A stretch of 64,000 nucleotides of DNA. It comes from an uncultured delta proteobacterium. GTDB taxonomy: Bacteria > Myxococcota_A > Polyangia > Fen-1088. Below the pieces are notes generated by a model, which saw nothing but the letters and a program-made list of their open reading frames with translations, was not told the DNA's origin and did no database searches. The stretch lies in NCBI GenBank assembly GCA_963737265.1, contig CAVTRY010000006.1:64001-128000 (forward strand), given 5' to 3'. Of this stretch, positions 8,985 through 18,913 are shown one piece after another (the stretch's first letter is position 1; every line of letters begins with the position of its first letter). A program made the position numbers and the translations under genes.

Positions 8985-10327
8985 AGCAGCGTCGGAGTTC
9001 TCCCAAGATCCCGAAAATTCCCATGGCCATGCTCGTCGGGCTGGGCCTCATCGCGACGGTCCCTGCCACCCCCAGCGACGGTGCGGAAAAGGCCGCGCGG
9101 AAGAAACAGGCCGAGATCACGCTTCAAGTGTGGATCATGCCCAATGCGCCGAGCGACAACGAGAAGCACTTCGCCGAGCTCATTCGCCCCTTTAGCGAGG
9201 CCAATCCACGCATCAAGGTCGTGCCCACCGTGCTGCGCTGGAATGTCGCGTGGGATAGGATCCAAGACGCAGTCAGCGGTGGTCCAGCGCCGGATCTCAT
9301 GCAGCTCGGAACCAGCTGGGTTGCCGCCATCGCCGCAACCGGCATGCTGGTAGACCTCTCGGGGAAATACGACCAAAGCCTTTTCCCGCCGCAGGTGCTT
9401 GCCACGACCATGATTGAAGGGCAGCTAGGCCGCTTCGCCATGCCGTGGATCGTGGACACACGCGCGCTTTACTACAACAAGGCCGCCTGTGCCAAGGCTG
9501 GCATCGATCCGACCAGGGACTTCGCGACCTGGGCCAGCTTCAAGACCGCGCTCAGGAAGCTGAAAGACATCGAGGTGGACGGCAAACATCCCTGGCCCTT
9601 GGGGGTCAGCAACAGCATGGCCGGCCGGGACGGGATTCACAATCTGTCGTGGTGGCTGTGGGGCGCGGGTGGGGGATTCGTCGCGCGAGGCGCGGGGGAA
9701 AACGGCATCGATTCCCCGGGGTCGAGGGACGGCATCGAATACTACAGCAGCCTGTTTCGCGAGGGACTCATGTCGCCCAAAGCAGACAAGGAGACTGGCT
9801 ATTCCGTCATGGACATGTTTCGCCGGGGCGATCTCGCCACCACCATCGCCTTGCCCATTCCGTCGCTACCCGAAGATCGCTTCGGCGTCACGCTCGTGCC
9901 CGAGGGGCCGCGGGGACGATTCTCCTTTCTCGGGGGCAGCACCTTGGCGGTCCTCAAGTCCTCGAAACATCCGGAACAAGCCGTGGCGCTCATCAAATTC
10001 CTCTCCAGCGAAGCGGCGCAGGTTCGCTATTCCACGCTGACCGGGATCTTGCCCGCCGCTGCCGCCGAATATGACGAATTGCTGCTCAAGCTTCATCCCG
10101 TCCTAGCCACCTTCGTCGAGGAGATGCGCTACGGGAGAGCGTATCCTTCGATCGCGCAATGGGGCGACATCGAGAATGTCCTACACGAAGGCATCGAGAA
10201 GGTCTGGCTTATTGCCAAGAAGCCCGGGCCCTACGACAAGACCGGCGTTGGCGATGAGCTTGACAAGATGGCCAAGAAGATCGACGGCATCCTCCACGCA
10301 CCGGCCAAGACCAAATCAAACCGATAG
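8981..10327 (+). CDS. Extracellular sugar-binding protein (ABC family 1)
   Basis: GPAPDLMQLGTSWV, AMPWIVDTRALYYNK and FLGGSTLAV; start overlaps the upstream stop (GTGA). Confidence 0.85.
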   Translation: MKQRRSSPKIPKIPMAMLVGLGLIATVPATPSDGAEKAARKKQAEITLQVWIMPNAPSDNEKHFAELIRPFSEANPRIKVVPTVLRWNVAWDRIQDAVSGGPAPDLMQLGTSWVAAIAATGMLVDLSGKYDQSLFPPQVLATTMIEGQLGRFAMPWIVDTRALYYNKAACAKAGIDPTRDFATWASFKTALRKLKDIEVDGKHPWPLGVSNSMAGRDGIHNLSWWLWGAGGGFVARGAGENGIDSPGSRDGIEYYSSLFREGLMSPKADKETGYSVMDMFRRGDLATTIALPIPSLPEDRFGVTLVPEGPRGRFSFLGGSTLAVLKSSKHPEQAVALIKFLSSEAAQVRYSTLTGILPAAAAEYDELLLKLHPVLATFVEEMRYGRAYPSIAQWGDIENVLHEGIEKVWLIAKKPGPYDKTGVGDELDKMAKKIDGILHAPAKTKSNR

Positions 10328-10387
10328 CTCCAATCCTCGACTGTCGGCTGCTTGCAATCGTCCGGGTCTCGGTCATGGTGGTTCGTC

Positions 10388-11290
10388 ATGCGAGCGTTGG
10401 TCACTGGAGCGACAGGATTTATCGGCCGGGCGCTTATCGCGCGGCTGGGCGAAGTGGTCGTGCTCAGTCGCGATGCCGCGCGGACCAAGCTGCGCCTGCC
10501 CGCGGTCGAGGCCCATGTGTGGGAACCCGCGTCCAAGCCGCCCCCGAGCGCGGCTCTTCGGGGCGCCGACGTGGTCTTCAATCTGGCAGGCGAAGCGCTC
10601 GCGGACGGGCGATGGTCGGCTGGCAAGAAGGCCCGCATTCGCGAGAGCCGCGTGCTGGGAACGCGCAATCTGGTAGCCGGGCTCGCGGCCCTGGATCCGG
10701 ACCTGCGGCCACGCGTGCTTGTCTCGGCGTCGGCCGTCGGCTACTACGGCGACCGCGGCGACGAAGCGCTCGATGAAGGCTCGACGGTGGGCCAGGGCTT
10801 TCTCGCCGACGTGTGCAACGCGTGGGAGCAGGAAGCGATGGCGGCGGAACGACTGGACATCCGCGTGGTCCTCATTCGAATCGGAATCGTGCTGGCTCGC
10901 GGCGGTGGGGCGCTCGACCGAATGCTCATTCCATTCAAGATGGGCGTGGGCGGACGCCTCGGCGGCGGCAGGCAATGGATGTCTTGGATCGCCATTGACG
11001 ATGTTGTCGGGATCCTTTTGCACGCTGCGGGCAACGACCATATTCGAGGAGCAATGAATGCAGTGGCCGCAAGTCCGGTCACCAACGCCGATTTCACGCA
11101 GGCGCTGGGCCGTGCCGTGCGCCGGCCGGCCGTGCTGCCGGTGCCGCAAGCCGTGCTTCGCATCGCCTTCGGCGAGATGAGCGAGCTCCTGCTCGCCTCG
11201 CAGAAGGTCTTCCCGCGCGTCGCCCATTCCACCGGCTACACCTTTCGGCACCCAGAGCTCGCCGGAGCCCTCGATGCCATGGTGTCATGA
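10388..11290 (+). CDS. TIGR01777-family NAD-dependent epimerase/oxidoreductase (YfcH-like)
   Basis: VTGATGFIG, NLAGE, SASAVGYYG and GRQWMSWI. Confidence 0.9.
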   Translation: MRALVTGATGFIGRALIARLGEVVVLSRDAARTKLRLPAVEAHVWEPASKPPPSAALRGADVVFNLAGEALADGRWSAGKKARIRESRVLGTRNLVAGLAALDPDLRPRVLVSASAVGYYGDRGDEALDEGSTVGQGFLADVCNAWEQEAMAAERLDIRVVLIRIGIVLARGGGALDRMLIPFKMGVGGRLGGGRQWMSWIAIDDVVGILLHAAGNDHIRGAMNAVAASPVTNADFTQALGRAVRRPAVLPVPQAVLRIAFGEMSELLLASQKVFPRVAHSTGYTFRHPELAGALDAMVS

Positions 11291-12045
11291 GCGACCAGTT
11301 TGCCACCACCAAATTTCCGCATGGTGCTAGCATCGTCCCCATGGCGATCCGAGACGTGGTGGTACCCGCAGTAGTGGCGGCAGTCGTGGCCGCCGCAACG
11401 ACAGTGGCGCTCAACCGCGCCGTGCTCCAGCACGATGCCGTCGAGGTTCCGTCGGTGCTAGGTCTGCCAACGCAAAGCGCGCGCGCGTTGATTGAGAGCC
11501 GCGGCCTGATGTTCGTGGTGGGCGAGGAACGCGACGATATCAAGATCCCGGCTGGCAACGTGGTGGCCCAGCGGCCGCTCGAAGGATCGAGAATCGAACG
11601 CGGCCAGGCCGTGGATGTGGTGGTGGCCAAAGCGCCCGCGCCGATCAAGGCGCCCGCGCTGGTCGGCCTGGCGCTGGGCGAGGCGAAGCTGCGGCTCGAG
11701 ACCGCGAAATTGGTTGCCGGCAAAATCACCGAAGAAGCGAGCGCGGATGTGAAGGCCGGTAGCGTGATCTCGCAGAGCGTGACCGAGGGCGGAGAGATCC
11801 GGGTGGGAAACGCCATCGACCTCGTCGTCTCCAAGGGCGCGGCGATGATCCCCGTGCCAAGTGTGGTCGGCCGCTCGCTCGCCAAGGCAAAGGACGAGCT
11901 GCAAAAGACCGGCTTCACCGTGGGAAACCTGCGATCACGGGAAGATGACGACCACAGTGACGGCGTGATTCTGGAGCAGAATCCAGCCGCCAATCAGCGG
12001 GCCGCCAAGGGCTCGGCCGTGGACTTGGTCGTCAATAGGACCTAG
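11287..12045 (+). CDS. Membrane-anchored protein with three PASTA domains
   Basis: One TM segment followed by VPSVLG, APALVG and VPSVVG repeats, each ending V/IDxVV. The start could be 11341. Confidence 0.85.
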   Translation: MSDQFATTKFPHGASIVPMAIRDVVVPAVVAAVVAAATTVALNRAVLQHDAVEVPSVLGLPTQSARALIESRGLMFVVGEERDDIKIPAGNVVAQRPLEGSRIERGQAVDVVVAKAPAPIKAPALVGLALGEAKLRLETAKLVAGKITEEASADVKAGSVISQSVTEGGEIRVGNAIDLVVSKGAAMIPVPSVVGRSLAKAKDELQKTGFTVGNLRSREDDDHSDGVILEQNPAANQRAAKGSAVDLVVNRT

Positions 12046-12063
12046 ATCCGTCCGGCGGCGGCG

Positions 12064-13575
12064 TCACGCCGGGTCCTGGCCTGCGACGACGAGATTGCGC
12101 CCGCCGCGCTTGGCTGCGTAGAGCGCTGCATCGACATTCGCCAGCAGAGCTTCGCCGCTCGCCTGGGAGCCAGGCTGCAAAGTGGCGTGGCCGGCGGAAG
12201 CGGTAATGTGCAGCACCGAGCCATTGCCGATGTCGTGGATGGCTTCAGCCAAGCGGCGGCGCAGGCGCTCGGCAACCACCGCCGCGCCGGGCGCGTCGGT
12301 GTCGGGCAACAGCAAGACGAATTCCTCGCCGCCGTAGCGTGCGGTGATGTCGCTCGGTCGCATGCGGCCGCCCAGCGCCTTGGCAACCCCGGCCAGCACC
12401 TTGTCGCCGGCCTGGTGACCGTAGTTGTCGTTCACCAGCTTGAAGTGATCGATGTCGAACAGAATCAGACTTAGCGGCGATCCCTTGAGCTTCGCCTGCG
12501 CCATCTTCTCGGCGAACATCTGATCGAAGTACGCGCGGTTGTAAAGCCCGGTCAGTCCATCGCGCTGGACCTCCTGTTCGAGATGTCTCGTCTTGGCTTC
12601 GAGCGAGCCGATGGCCTCCTGGGCGTCGCTGGCCTGCCGGTTGGCGGCCAGGGCGAGAATCAGCAGGGTTTCCTTGGCCTGATCCAGTATGGCTGACAGA
12701 TCCTCGGGCGAACCGATATCGAGGTCGAAATAGGCGGCGACCTCTTCGCTTTGCTTCGCCACCCGCCGCAGGGTCGCATCCAACTTCTGGTCGTCGATTT
12801 GCAGCAGCCGCGAGGACGAGCGCCGCAACGTCCGGGTCGCGCCGGCCGCGTCCTCCTCGATCCACACGTCTGCAACCGCGCCCGAAACCGCCACCAAGCG
12901 CGCAAGCTGCGCGACGTCCCGGTGGGTACCTTCAGGCAGGCTCTCGGGCGCGTGGCTCGCGGCGATGGCGTTGCACAGGGTCGCGGGGAGCTTCCAACGC
13001 TCGGCCATCCAGGCGCCGATGGCGGCATGATCTTCGCCGAACATCTTGTGCTCGCTCTCGGCGAGCACGGCGTGGCTTGCGCCAGGCCGCGCGATGGCGG
13101 CATAGTCGGAGCCCGCCAGCTGGCGCAGCGCCAGGACGCCAATGTCTTGCAAAAGCGCGCCCATAAACGCCTCCTCGCCGAGGCGAAAATTCGTAGTCAA
13201 GGCCAGCTCGCGCGCCGCCACCGCCGAGAGCAACGAGCGCTTCCAAAACCATGTGAGTGCCTTCTTGTCGCGGGTCTGCAAGCCCTTGACCAAGGAGAAC
13301 GACAGGGCCAGCGGACGCACCGCCGACAGGCCGAGCAGACAAATGGCGTGAGAAACCGTGCGCACCTCGCACTTGAGACCGTACATCGGCGAGTTGGTTA
13401 GACGCAGAATCTTGGCCGACAGCGCCGGGTCGCTGGCGATCAGCTTGGCGATCTCGCCCATGTCCGGTTCATCGCGCTGGCACAGGTCCAGAATCTGGAT
13501 GGCAACCGCCGGCATGCTGGGCAGATCGGCACACCTCGCGAGTTTTTCCCGGATGGCGCTACTCATGGCAGTCAC
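12064..13575 (-). CDS. HDOD-GGDEF diguanylate cyclase
   Basis: LPSMPAVA, DPALSAKILRLTNS and DIG; DGLTGLYNR, DIDHFKLVND and RYGGEEF. Confidence 0.92.
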   Translation of the reverse strand: MTAMSSAIREKLARCADLPSMPAVAIQILDLCQRDEPDMGEIAKLIASDPALSAKILRLTNSPMYGLKCEVRTVSHAICLLGLSAVRPLALSFSLVKGLQTRDKKALTWFWKRSLLSAVAARELALTTNFRLGEEAFMGALLQDIGVLALRQLAGSDYAAIARPGASHAVLAESEHKMFGEDHAAIGAWMAERWKLPATLCNAIAASHAPESLPEGTHRDVAQLARLVAVSGAVADVWIEEDAAGATRTLRRSSSRLLQIDDQKLDATLRRVAKQSEEVAAYFDLDIGSPEDLSAILDQAKETLLILALAANRQASDAQEAIGSLEAKTRHLEQEVQRDGLTGLYNRAYFDQMFAEKMAQAKLKGSPLSLILFDIDHFKLVNDNYGHQAGDKVLAGVAKALGGRMRPSDITARYGGEEFVLLLPDTDAPGAAVVAERLRRRLAEAIHDIGNGSVLHITASAGHATLQPGSQASGEALLANVDAALYAAKRGGRNLVVAGQDPA

Positions 13576-13675
13576 TTAGAGACTTCGGTGGTATTGCGAG
13601 GGTTCTAAAGCAGGTGGGGAGCCGGTGGGACAGCCCACTGTGCGCGTCGGCGCAGGCGAGCTATGCTCCACCCCG

Positions 13676-14926
13676 ATGACCAACCCACAGATCAACGCCG
13701 AGCAGATTCACTTCCTGCGTCAGCTGCGCCTGTTTCTCGAAGAGATCTGCTGCGAGATCTGCCGGTTCGAGGTCGTCGGCCATCACGACTTGGGGGCCGA
13801 GAACGTGGAGATCTCGCGCGAAGTCGATCTGGGCGTCACCGGCGCGTTCGCGGATGTGGTGGTGCGCGCGCCTGGTCGTGCCCCATTCTTCGTCGAGGTC
13901 AAGTTCGGCTACGCCAGCGACCGCATGGTGGAACACTTCACCCGCAAATACCACCAACCATCGCCCACGGTGCCGGATGCGGATCGCGTGATCGTCGTCG
14001 TCGACCGCACCGACCGTTCTGATTGGTCGCTGCTGGAATCCCGCCTGCGCAAGGTCACGCGCAGGGAGTTGAAGCTCGAGTTCTGGGATGAACACCGCCT
14101 GCAGGAGCTCGTCGCCGCTTGCTTCGGCCTGAAACTCGGCGCAATGACCACCGGCGGTTTGTCCGAGCTGCGCAATGCCATCGACGATATCAAGTGGAAA
14201 TGGGCGTTCGGCGAGAGTCACGTCGAAAGCCCGCTCAAGACGTCGCTGCTGTGGCACTTCGGCTACTCGCGCCTGCTGCAATTGCACAAGGTGCACAAGT
14301 TTGCGCCCGAACAAATCCTTCCGCCACGCCGCTTTCGCAACGCCGTGGTCATGCTGGCCGACCTGTCGTCGTTTTCGAGCTTCGTGCGCGACACGCGCGA
14401 CGACGAAGTCATGCGCAACGCCTTGACCACGTTCTATTCCAATTCGCGCTACGCCGTCATCAACTCGGGCGGCATGATGTCGCAGTTCGTGGGCGACGAG
14501 GTCGTGGCCCTGTTCGGCGTGCCCGACGTGCAGGACGGTTACGGCAAGCGCGCCCTCGATTGCGCACGATCCCTGCTGCAAATCGGCAGCTCGGTTTCGA
14601 ACCGCTGGCAGCGCGAGATCGATCGCATTCAACCTTCGGGTGGCGTGCACATCGGCATGGCCATGGGCGACATCCAGTCCGTGCTCTACCGGCCCTTTTG
14701 CAGCAGCCACGTCGGCATCGTGGGCGACGCCGTCAATCTGGCCGCGCGCCTGCTCGCCCAGGCGTCGACCCACGAAATCGTCGTGTCCAACACCTATCTA
14801 CAGACGCTACCCGATCGCGACCAGAGCGGCTTTCAGGAAATGGAGCCGCTCGAGGCCAAGAACGTCGGTCTCATCAAGGCGTGGAAGCTGCATCAACAGT
14901 CGAGCTACTCCACACGCGGGGCGTGA
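13676..14926 (+). CDS. Class III nucleotide cyclase with an N-terminal restriction-endonuclease-like (Mrr-type PD-(D/E)XK) domain
   Basis: N-terminal ADVVV...FFVEVK and EFWDEHRL; C-terminal VMLADLSSFS, FVGDEV and GDAVNLAARL. Confidence 0.8.
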   Translation: MTNPQINAEQIHFLRQLRLFLEEICCEICRFEVVGHHDLGAENVEISREVDLGVTGAFADVVVRAPGRAPFFVEVKFGYASDRMVEHFTRKYHQPSPTVPDADRVIVVVDRTDRSDWSLLESRLRKVTRRELKLEFWDEHRLQELVAACFGLKLGAMTTGGLSELRNAIDDIKWKWAFGESHVESPLKTSLLWHFGYSRLLQLHKVHKFAPEQILPPRRFRNAVVMLADLSSFSSFVRDTRDDEVMRNALTTFYSNSRYAVINSGGMMSQFVGDEVVALFGVPDVQDGYGKRALDCARSLLQIGSSVSNRWQREIDRIQPSGGVHIGMAMGDIQSVLYRPFCSSHVGIVGDAVNLAARLLAQASTHEIVVSNTYLQTLPDRDQSGFQEMEPLEAKNVGLIKAWKLHQQSSYSTRGA

Positions 14927-14935
14927 CGAGCCCGG

Positions 14936-15457
14936 CTATTTCGCCTCTTTCGCAATCACGCCGCAGGCGATGCGTTCGCCTGCGTTGCCGGCCGGGTCGG
15001 TCTTCATATCGTCGGCCTTGGCGTGAATGACCAACGCGGTTCCGCCGTTGCTGTAGAGCGAATGGGCGTCGGTCCCGAGATTCACGCTCTTGTTGACAAT
15101 GGTCGCCTTGGCATTGCCCTTGTCGTCCGCAGTGAAGTTGAGCATGTCCCCGGCGTGACAGCCCTCCGGATTCTCCAGCCCGTGCTTCTTCCCGTCGGGA
15201 TTGAAGTGCGGGCCAGCGGACTTGAAATCCGGAGCGTCGCATTTCGCGTTCTGATGAAAGTGAATGGCGTGCTCGCCGGGCGTGAGCCCGCGAAGATTCA
15301 GCTTCAGCTCCACGCCGGTGGCGATGGATTTGATCTTGACGGTTCCCATGCCCTTGCCCTTGGCGTCTTTGACATCGACCGTGATTGCACTTCCCTTGGC
15401 CATGCTTGTGGCTGACACAAGAGAGAATAGAGACAACAGCAGGATGGTTTTGCGCAT
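14936..15457 (-). CDS. sodC: Periplasmic Cu/Zn superoxide dismutase
   Basis: Signal peptide; HAIHFH, GPHFNP, KHG, HAGD, VIHA and GNAGERIACGVI. Confidence 0.93.
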   Translation of the reverse strand: MRKTILLLSLFSLVSATSMAKGSAITVDVKDAKGKGMGTVKIKSIATGVELKLNLRGLTPGEHAIHFHQNAKCDAPDFKSAGPHFNPDGKKHGLENPEGCHAGDMLNFTADDKGNAKATIVNKSVNLGTDAHSLYSNGGTALVIHAKADDMKTDPAGNAGERIACGVIAKEAK

Positions 15458-15528
15458 GATGCGCGATTTTAGCGCCGATAGTGCCCGCGTCCACCGCGGC
15501 ACTGCCAAGCTACCTTCCGGAGACAGGC

Positions 15529-17919
15529 TTATTCGACGACCAAGGCGTTGAACGTGGCCAAAAGCCCACGGCAGGCATCTAGGGCGGCGAGCTCACTCGG
15601 CCGCCTGACCGCCGCCCGACCGCCGCCCTGCGCCGCGAGATCCCGCGCGGCTCGCATGAAATCGTTCGCCCCTGAAATGCGCCCGATTTCCTGCGGGTTA
15701 CGCCCGGCGTAGTCGAGAAACGCTTGCTGGTATTCATCGAGCTTGGCGCGGCGCTGGTCGATGCCCAACCCGCCGGGCGCCCTGAGGCCGCGGACCCAAG
15801 ACTGCCCCGCCAAGGCCAGCCTGCGCATGTGCCACGCCGCCCGGCGTCCGTCGCCGGTTCCTTCTTGCGCCAGCTCTTGCATCTGCCACGCCGTGCGCGC
15901 CGCGAGAAATTCGCCGCGAAACGTCGCCGTCGTCCGGCCGACAGACTCGATCTTTTGGCCGGCCTGAATCGCCGCGAGGTACGCTTCAGCCGCCGCCTGC
16001 AACCCGGCCATCGCGGGCTCCGTCGCCGCCGCCTCGCGCACCAGGCGCTGACACTCGGCGAACTCGCCTCCGCGCAGACGGGCGCGACCGCCTTTCTTGG
16101 CTTCGCCATTCGCATCGGCGATGAGGCCAAGGCACGCGGCGAAGCCGGCGAGCTTGGCAAATGCGCGATCGATTTCGCCGGCTGGGCGCGCAACGTCGGG
16201 GAAGCCGGCGGCCAGCTCGGCCGGCAACGGCTCGGGATCGGCGGGACTCGGCAACGGCAGAATGTGGCCAAGGCGGACCGACAATTTCAAGTCGGCCTTG
16301 GCGGCGAAGGAAAAGCGCCGGGTCACCCGTCCCGTCGCCGCGGCGTTGAGCACATGCGGCACTCCGGACTCCAGCGAGAGCTCGCCCTTCGCGACCGGGA
16401 TGTGGTCGATCTGCACGCTGGCATCGGCCGGCTCCACCGTCAGAAGCACCCTGGTGGCTCCGCCCCGCCGCGCGAGCAGGCGGCTGCCCTCGCCGCCTGG
16501 ATGCAAGGTGCTGTACGCAACCCGCGCACCGACGAGAAGTACCAGCAGAATGCCTGCCTTGACCAGCCGCGATCGCGTACGCCGCGAAAATACCTGTTCC
16601 GGTGCCAGCGTGCCCTCGTTCGGCGCCACCACGTGCGGCCGAGGCGGCGCGTCCAGCTCGAGCGGAGGCGGGTCGGAGCTGGCGGGCGTCCAAGGGTGAG
16701 CCACGGGAGATCCTGCCGCTCTCGGCCAGTCGGTATCGTCGGCCAGCGAGGGCGACATCGCTCTATCCGGCGGCGGCGCGAACGGATCTTCGCCCGGCAA
16801 GACGCGTCGCGTCCTGTCTCCGGCTGGCCTGCTGGGCGGAGCGACTTCGAGCAAGCCAATCGGCGCGGTCCCGTCGTCGCCCTGGTCGCTTGACGACGAC
16901 GAAACACGCAGCGGATCCCCGATGGAGGCGGAGGCGAGCATGGGCGCCGGGGTCGCATCCTCGCTGCCACCTGAAATCGCCTCGCGCATCGCGGCCGCGG
17001 TCGGAAAGCGCTTCGCGATGTCGCGGTCGAGCGCGCGTACGATGGCGGCCTCCAGTGCGGCCGGAATGTCGGGTCGCAGACTGCGCGGCGGCGGATACTT
17101 GCCATCGAGTAGCCCGCACAGGATTTGCGCACACCCCTCGCCGACGAAGGGCGTGCGGCCACACAGCATCTCGTAAAGAACGACGCCGGCGGAATAGATG
17201 TCCGTGCGGTGGTCGATGAGCGACGCTTGGCCGATGGCTTGCTCGGGCGACATGTAGAGCGGCGTGCCGAGGATCGCGCCGACCATGGTGCCGGCAACCT
17301 TCGCCGTCGCCGCCGGACTGGATCCCTGCGGTCGCATCACCTTGGAAATGCCGAAGTCGACGATCTTGACGAAGTTGGGTCGGTCGTCGCTGTTGATGAC
17401 GAAGATGTTGTCGGGCTTGAGATCGCGATGGACGATGCCGTTCTTGTGCGCGGCCGACAGCCCGCCCAGCACTTGGGCCATGAGGTGAACCGCGAGCGGA
17501 ACAGGAAGGCGTGGCGTTTTCTGGAGGATGGAAGCCAGCGGCTCGCCGTCGAGCAACTCCATCACCATGAAGAGAAGACCATCGGAGGTGCGGCCGAGGT
17601 CGAAGACGTCGACGATGTGGGGATGGCCGATGGCACTGGCGGCGCGCGCCTCGCGCTCGAAGCGAGCCCCGAGCTGGGGGTCGGCGAGGATCTCTTGCAG
17701 CAGGGTCTTGATCGCTACGCGCCGGCCGAGCGCCACATGCAGGGCTTCGTAAACCACGCCCATGGCTCCGCGACCCAGCTCGCGCCCGATCTGGTACTTG
17801 CCATCCAGCAGCTCGCCGATGGCAAGCGCGGCCGGGCGATTGGTCGCCATCGCCAGTCCCGTGATGGGACAGACGCTGGTTTCCCTGGGGTGCGGGTTAC
17901 CGCAATGCGGACATGCCAC
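15529..17919 (-). CDS. Transmembrane Ser/Thr protein kinase with an N-terminal zinc ribbon
   Basis: CPHC...CP; LGRGAMG, VAIK, HRDLKPDN, DFG and [10 protein letters not shown]; TM helix and a PEGA-like region. Confidence 0.92.
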   Translation of the reverse strand: MACPHCGNPHPRETSVCPITGLAMATNRPAALAIGELLDGKYQIGRELGRGAMGVVYEALHVALGRRVAIKTLLQEILADPQLGARFEREARAASAIGHPHIVDVFDLGRTSDGLLFMVMELLDGEPLASILQKTPRLPVPLAVHLMAQVLGGLSAAHKNGIVHRDLKPDNIFVINSDDRPNFVKIVDFGISKVMRPQGSSPAATAKVAGTMVGAILGTPLYMSPEQAIGQASLIDHRTDIYSAGVVLYEMLCGRTPFVGEGCAQILCGLLDGKYPPPRSLRPDIPAALEAAIVRALDRDIAKRFPTAAAMREAISGGSEDATPAPMLASASIGDPLRVSSSSSDQGDDGTAPIGLLEVAPPSRPAGDRTRRVLPGEDPFAPPPDRAMSPSLADDTDWPRAAGSPVAHPWTPASSDPPPLELDAPPRPHVVAPNEGTLAPEQVFSRRTRSRLVKAGILLVLLVGARVAYSTLHPGGEGSRLLARRGGATRVLLTVEPADASVQIDHIPVAKGELSLESGVPHVLNAAATGRVTRRFSFAAKADLKLSVRLGHILPLPSPADPEPLPAELAAGFPDVARPAGEIDRAFAKLAGFAACLGLIADANGEAKKGGRARLRGGEFAECQRLVREAAATEPAMAGLQAAAEAYLAAIQAGQKIESVGRTTATFRGEFLAARTAWQMQELAQEGTGDGRRAAWHMRRLALAGQSWVRGLRAPGGLGIDQRRAKLDEYQQAFLDYAGRNPQEIGRISGANDFMRAARDLAAQGGGRAAVRRPSELAALDACRGLLATFNALVVE

Positions 17920-18099
17920 GAAGCGAGAATATCAGCAGGCTGCGCACCTGTCAGGAAGCCGCCCGCCATTGCACCCACCTTTGCACCGTCTTTGCGAGCG
18001 TTCAAAGCCCAACACTTGAGGTGGTGAAATCTCAACACTTACCGATTTCCCCCCGCGGTCGGGCGAGTGTTTCCGTCTAGTTAGGCCAGGATCTCCGTC

Positions 18100-18115
18100 T
18101 GGCGCGCGCCTTGCT
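18100..18115 (+). promoter_or_regulatory. Putative sigma54 promoter
   Basis: tggcgcgcgccttgct matches TGGC-N7-TTGC and lies just upstream of the HAD gene. Confidence 0.5.
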
Positions 18116-18131
18116 GCATTGCCTGGCTGTC

Positions 18132-18893
18132 ATGGAAGCCACCCTCGAAGCCGGTAGCGAACACACGACGGCACTACGGCAAAGCAATCGAAGCACCGCC
18201 GCCTCGCGGCAGCGCGAGATGTCGACCCTGGCTCTGCCCAAGGTTCTGCTGTGCGACCTCGATGGAACGCTAGTCGATACCATGCCCGTGCTGGCCGACC
18301 TGGCGACGGAAGTCATGGTTGGGTTGTATGGCATTCCCAAGCCGCTGGCGCGCGAGCTGTACCTGGCCACCTGCGGCCTGCCTTTCATCGCCCAGCTTGA
18401 AGACATTTTTCCGGGCGATGTTCGCAATCGCGAGGCCTCGGATTTGTTCGAGGACAGCAAGCCGGCCCGCTGCGGCTCCGCGCGCATGCCGGCCGACACG
18501 CTAGCGGCCCTCGCCGATCTCAAGCGGCGCGGTGTGCGCATCGCGGTTTCATCGAACAACGGCCGCAAGAATGTCGAAGCCTTCGCCAGCGGCGCCGACT
18601 TCTCGTTCGATCTCGTCATGGGCTACGGCAACGGCCTGTCCAAGGGCCGGCCGCACGTGCAAATGGTCGAGCGCGCCTTTGGCGTGGGTCGCGGCGAAAT
18701 GATGTTCATCGGCGACTCGCTCCACGACGGCGAGATCGCCATCGTCGAGGGTTTGGCCTTCGTGGGCGTGGCCGGTACGTTCTCGAAAGAGAGTTTTCTG
18801 CTCCGCTTTCCGGGCGTTGCGGTGGTGCATCGCTTCGCCGAGCTGCTCGATCTGTTCGAGAGCAAGGTGGCGGTGGCCACGGCTGGTTACTAG
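18132..18893 (+). CDS. HAD-family hydrolase
   Basis: DLDGTLVDT, SSNN, K and IGDSLHD. The start could be 18219. Confidence 0.88.
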   Translation: MEATLEAGSEHTTALRQSNRSTAASRQREMSTLALPKVLLCDLDGTLVDTMPVLADLATEVMVGLYGIPKPLARELYLATCGLPFIAQLEDIFPGDVRNREASDLFEDSKPARCGSARMPADTLAALADLKRRGVRIAVSSNNGRKNVEAFASGADFSFDLVMGYGNGLSKGRPHVQMVERAFGVGRGEMMFIGDSLHDGEIAIVEGLAFVGVAGTFSKESFLLRFPGVAVVHRFAELLDLFESKVAVATAGY

Positions 18894-18913
18894 GCCGCAC
18901 CCCTGGGCGCAGC

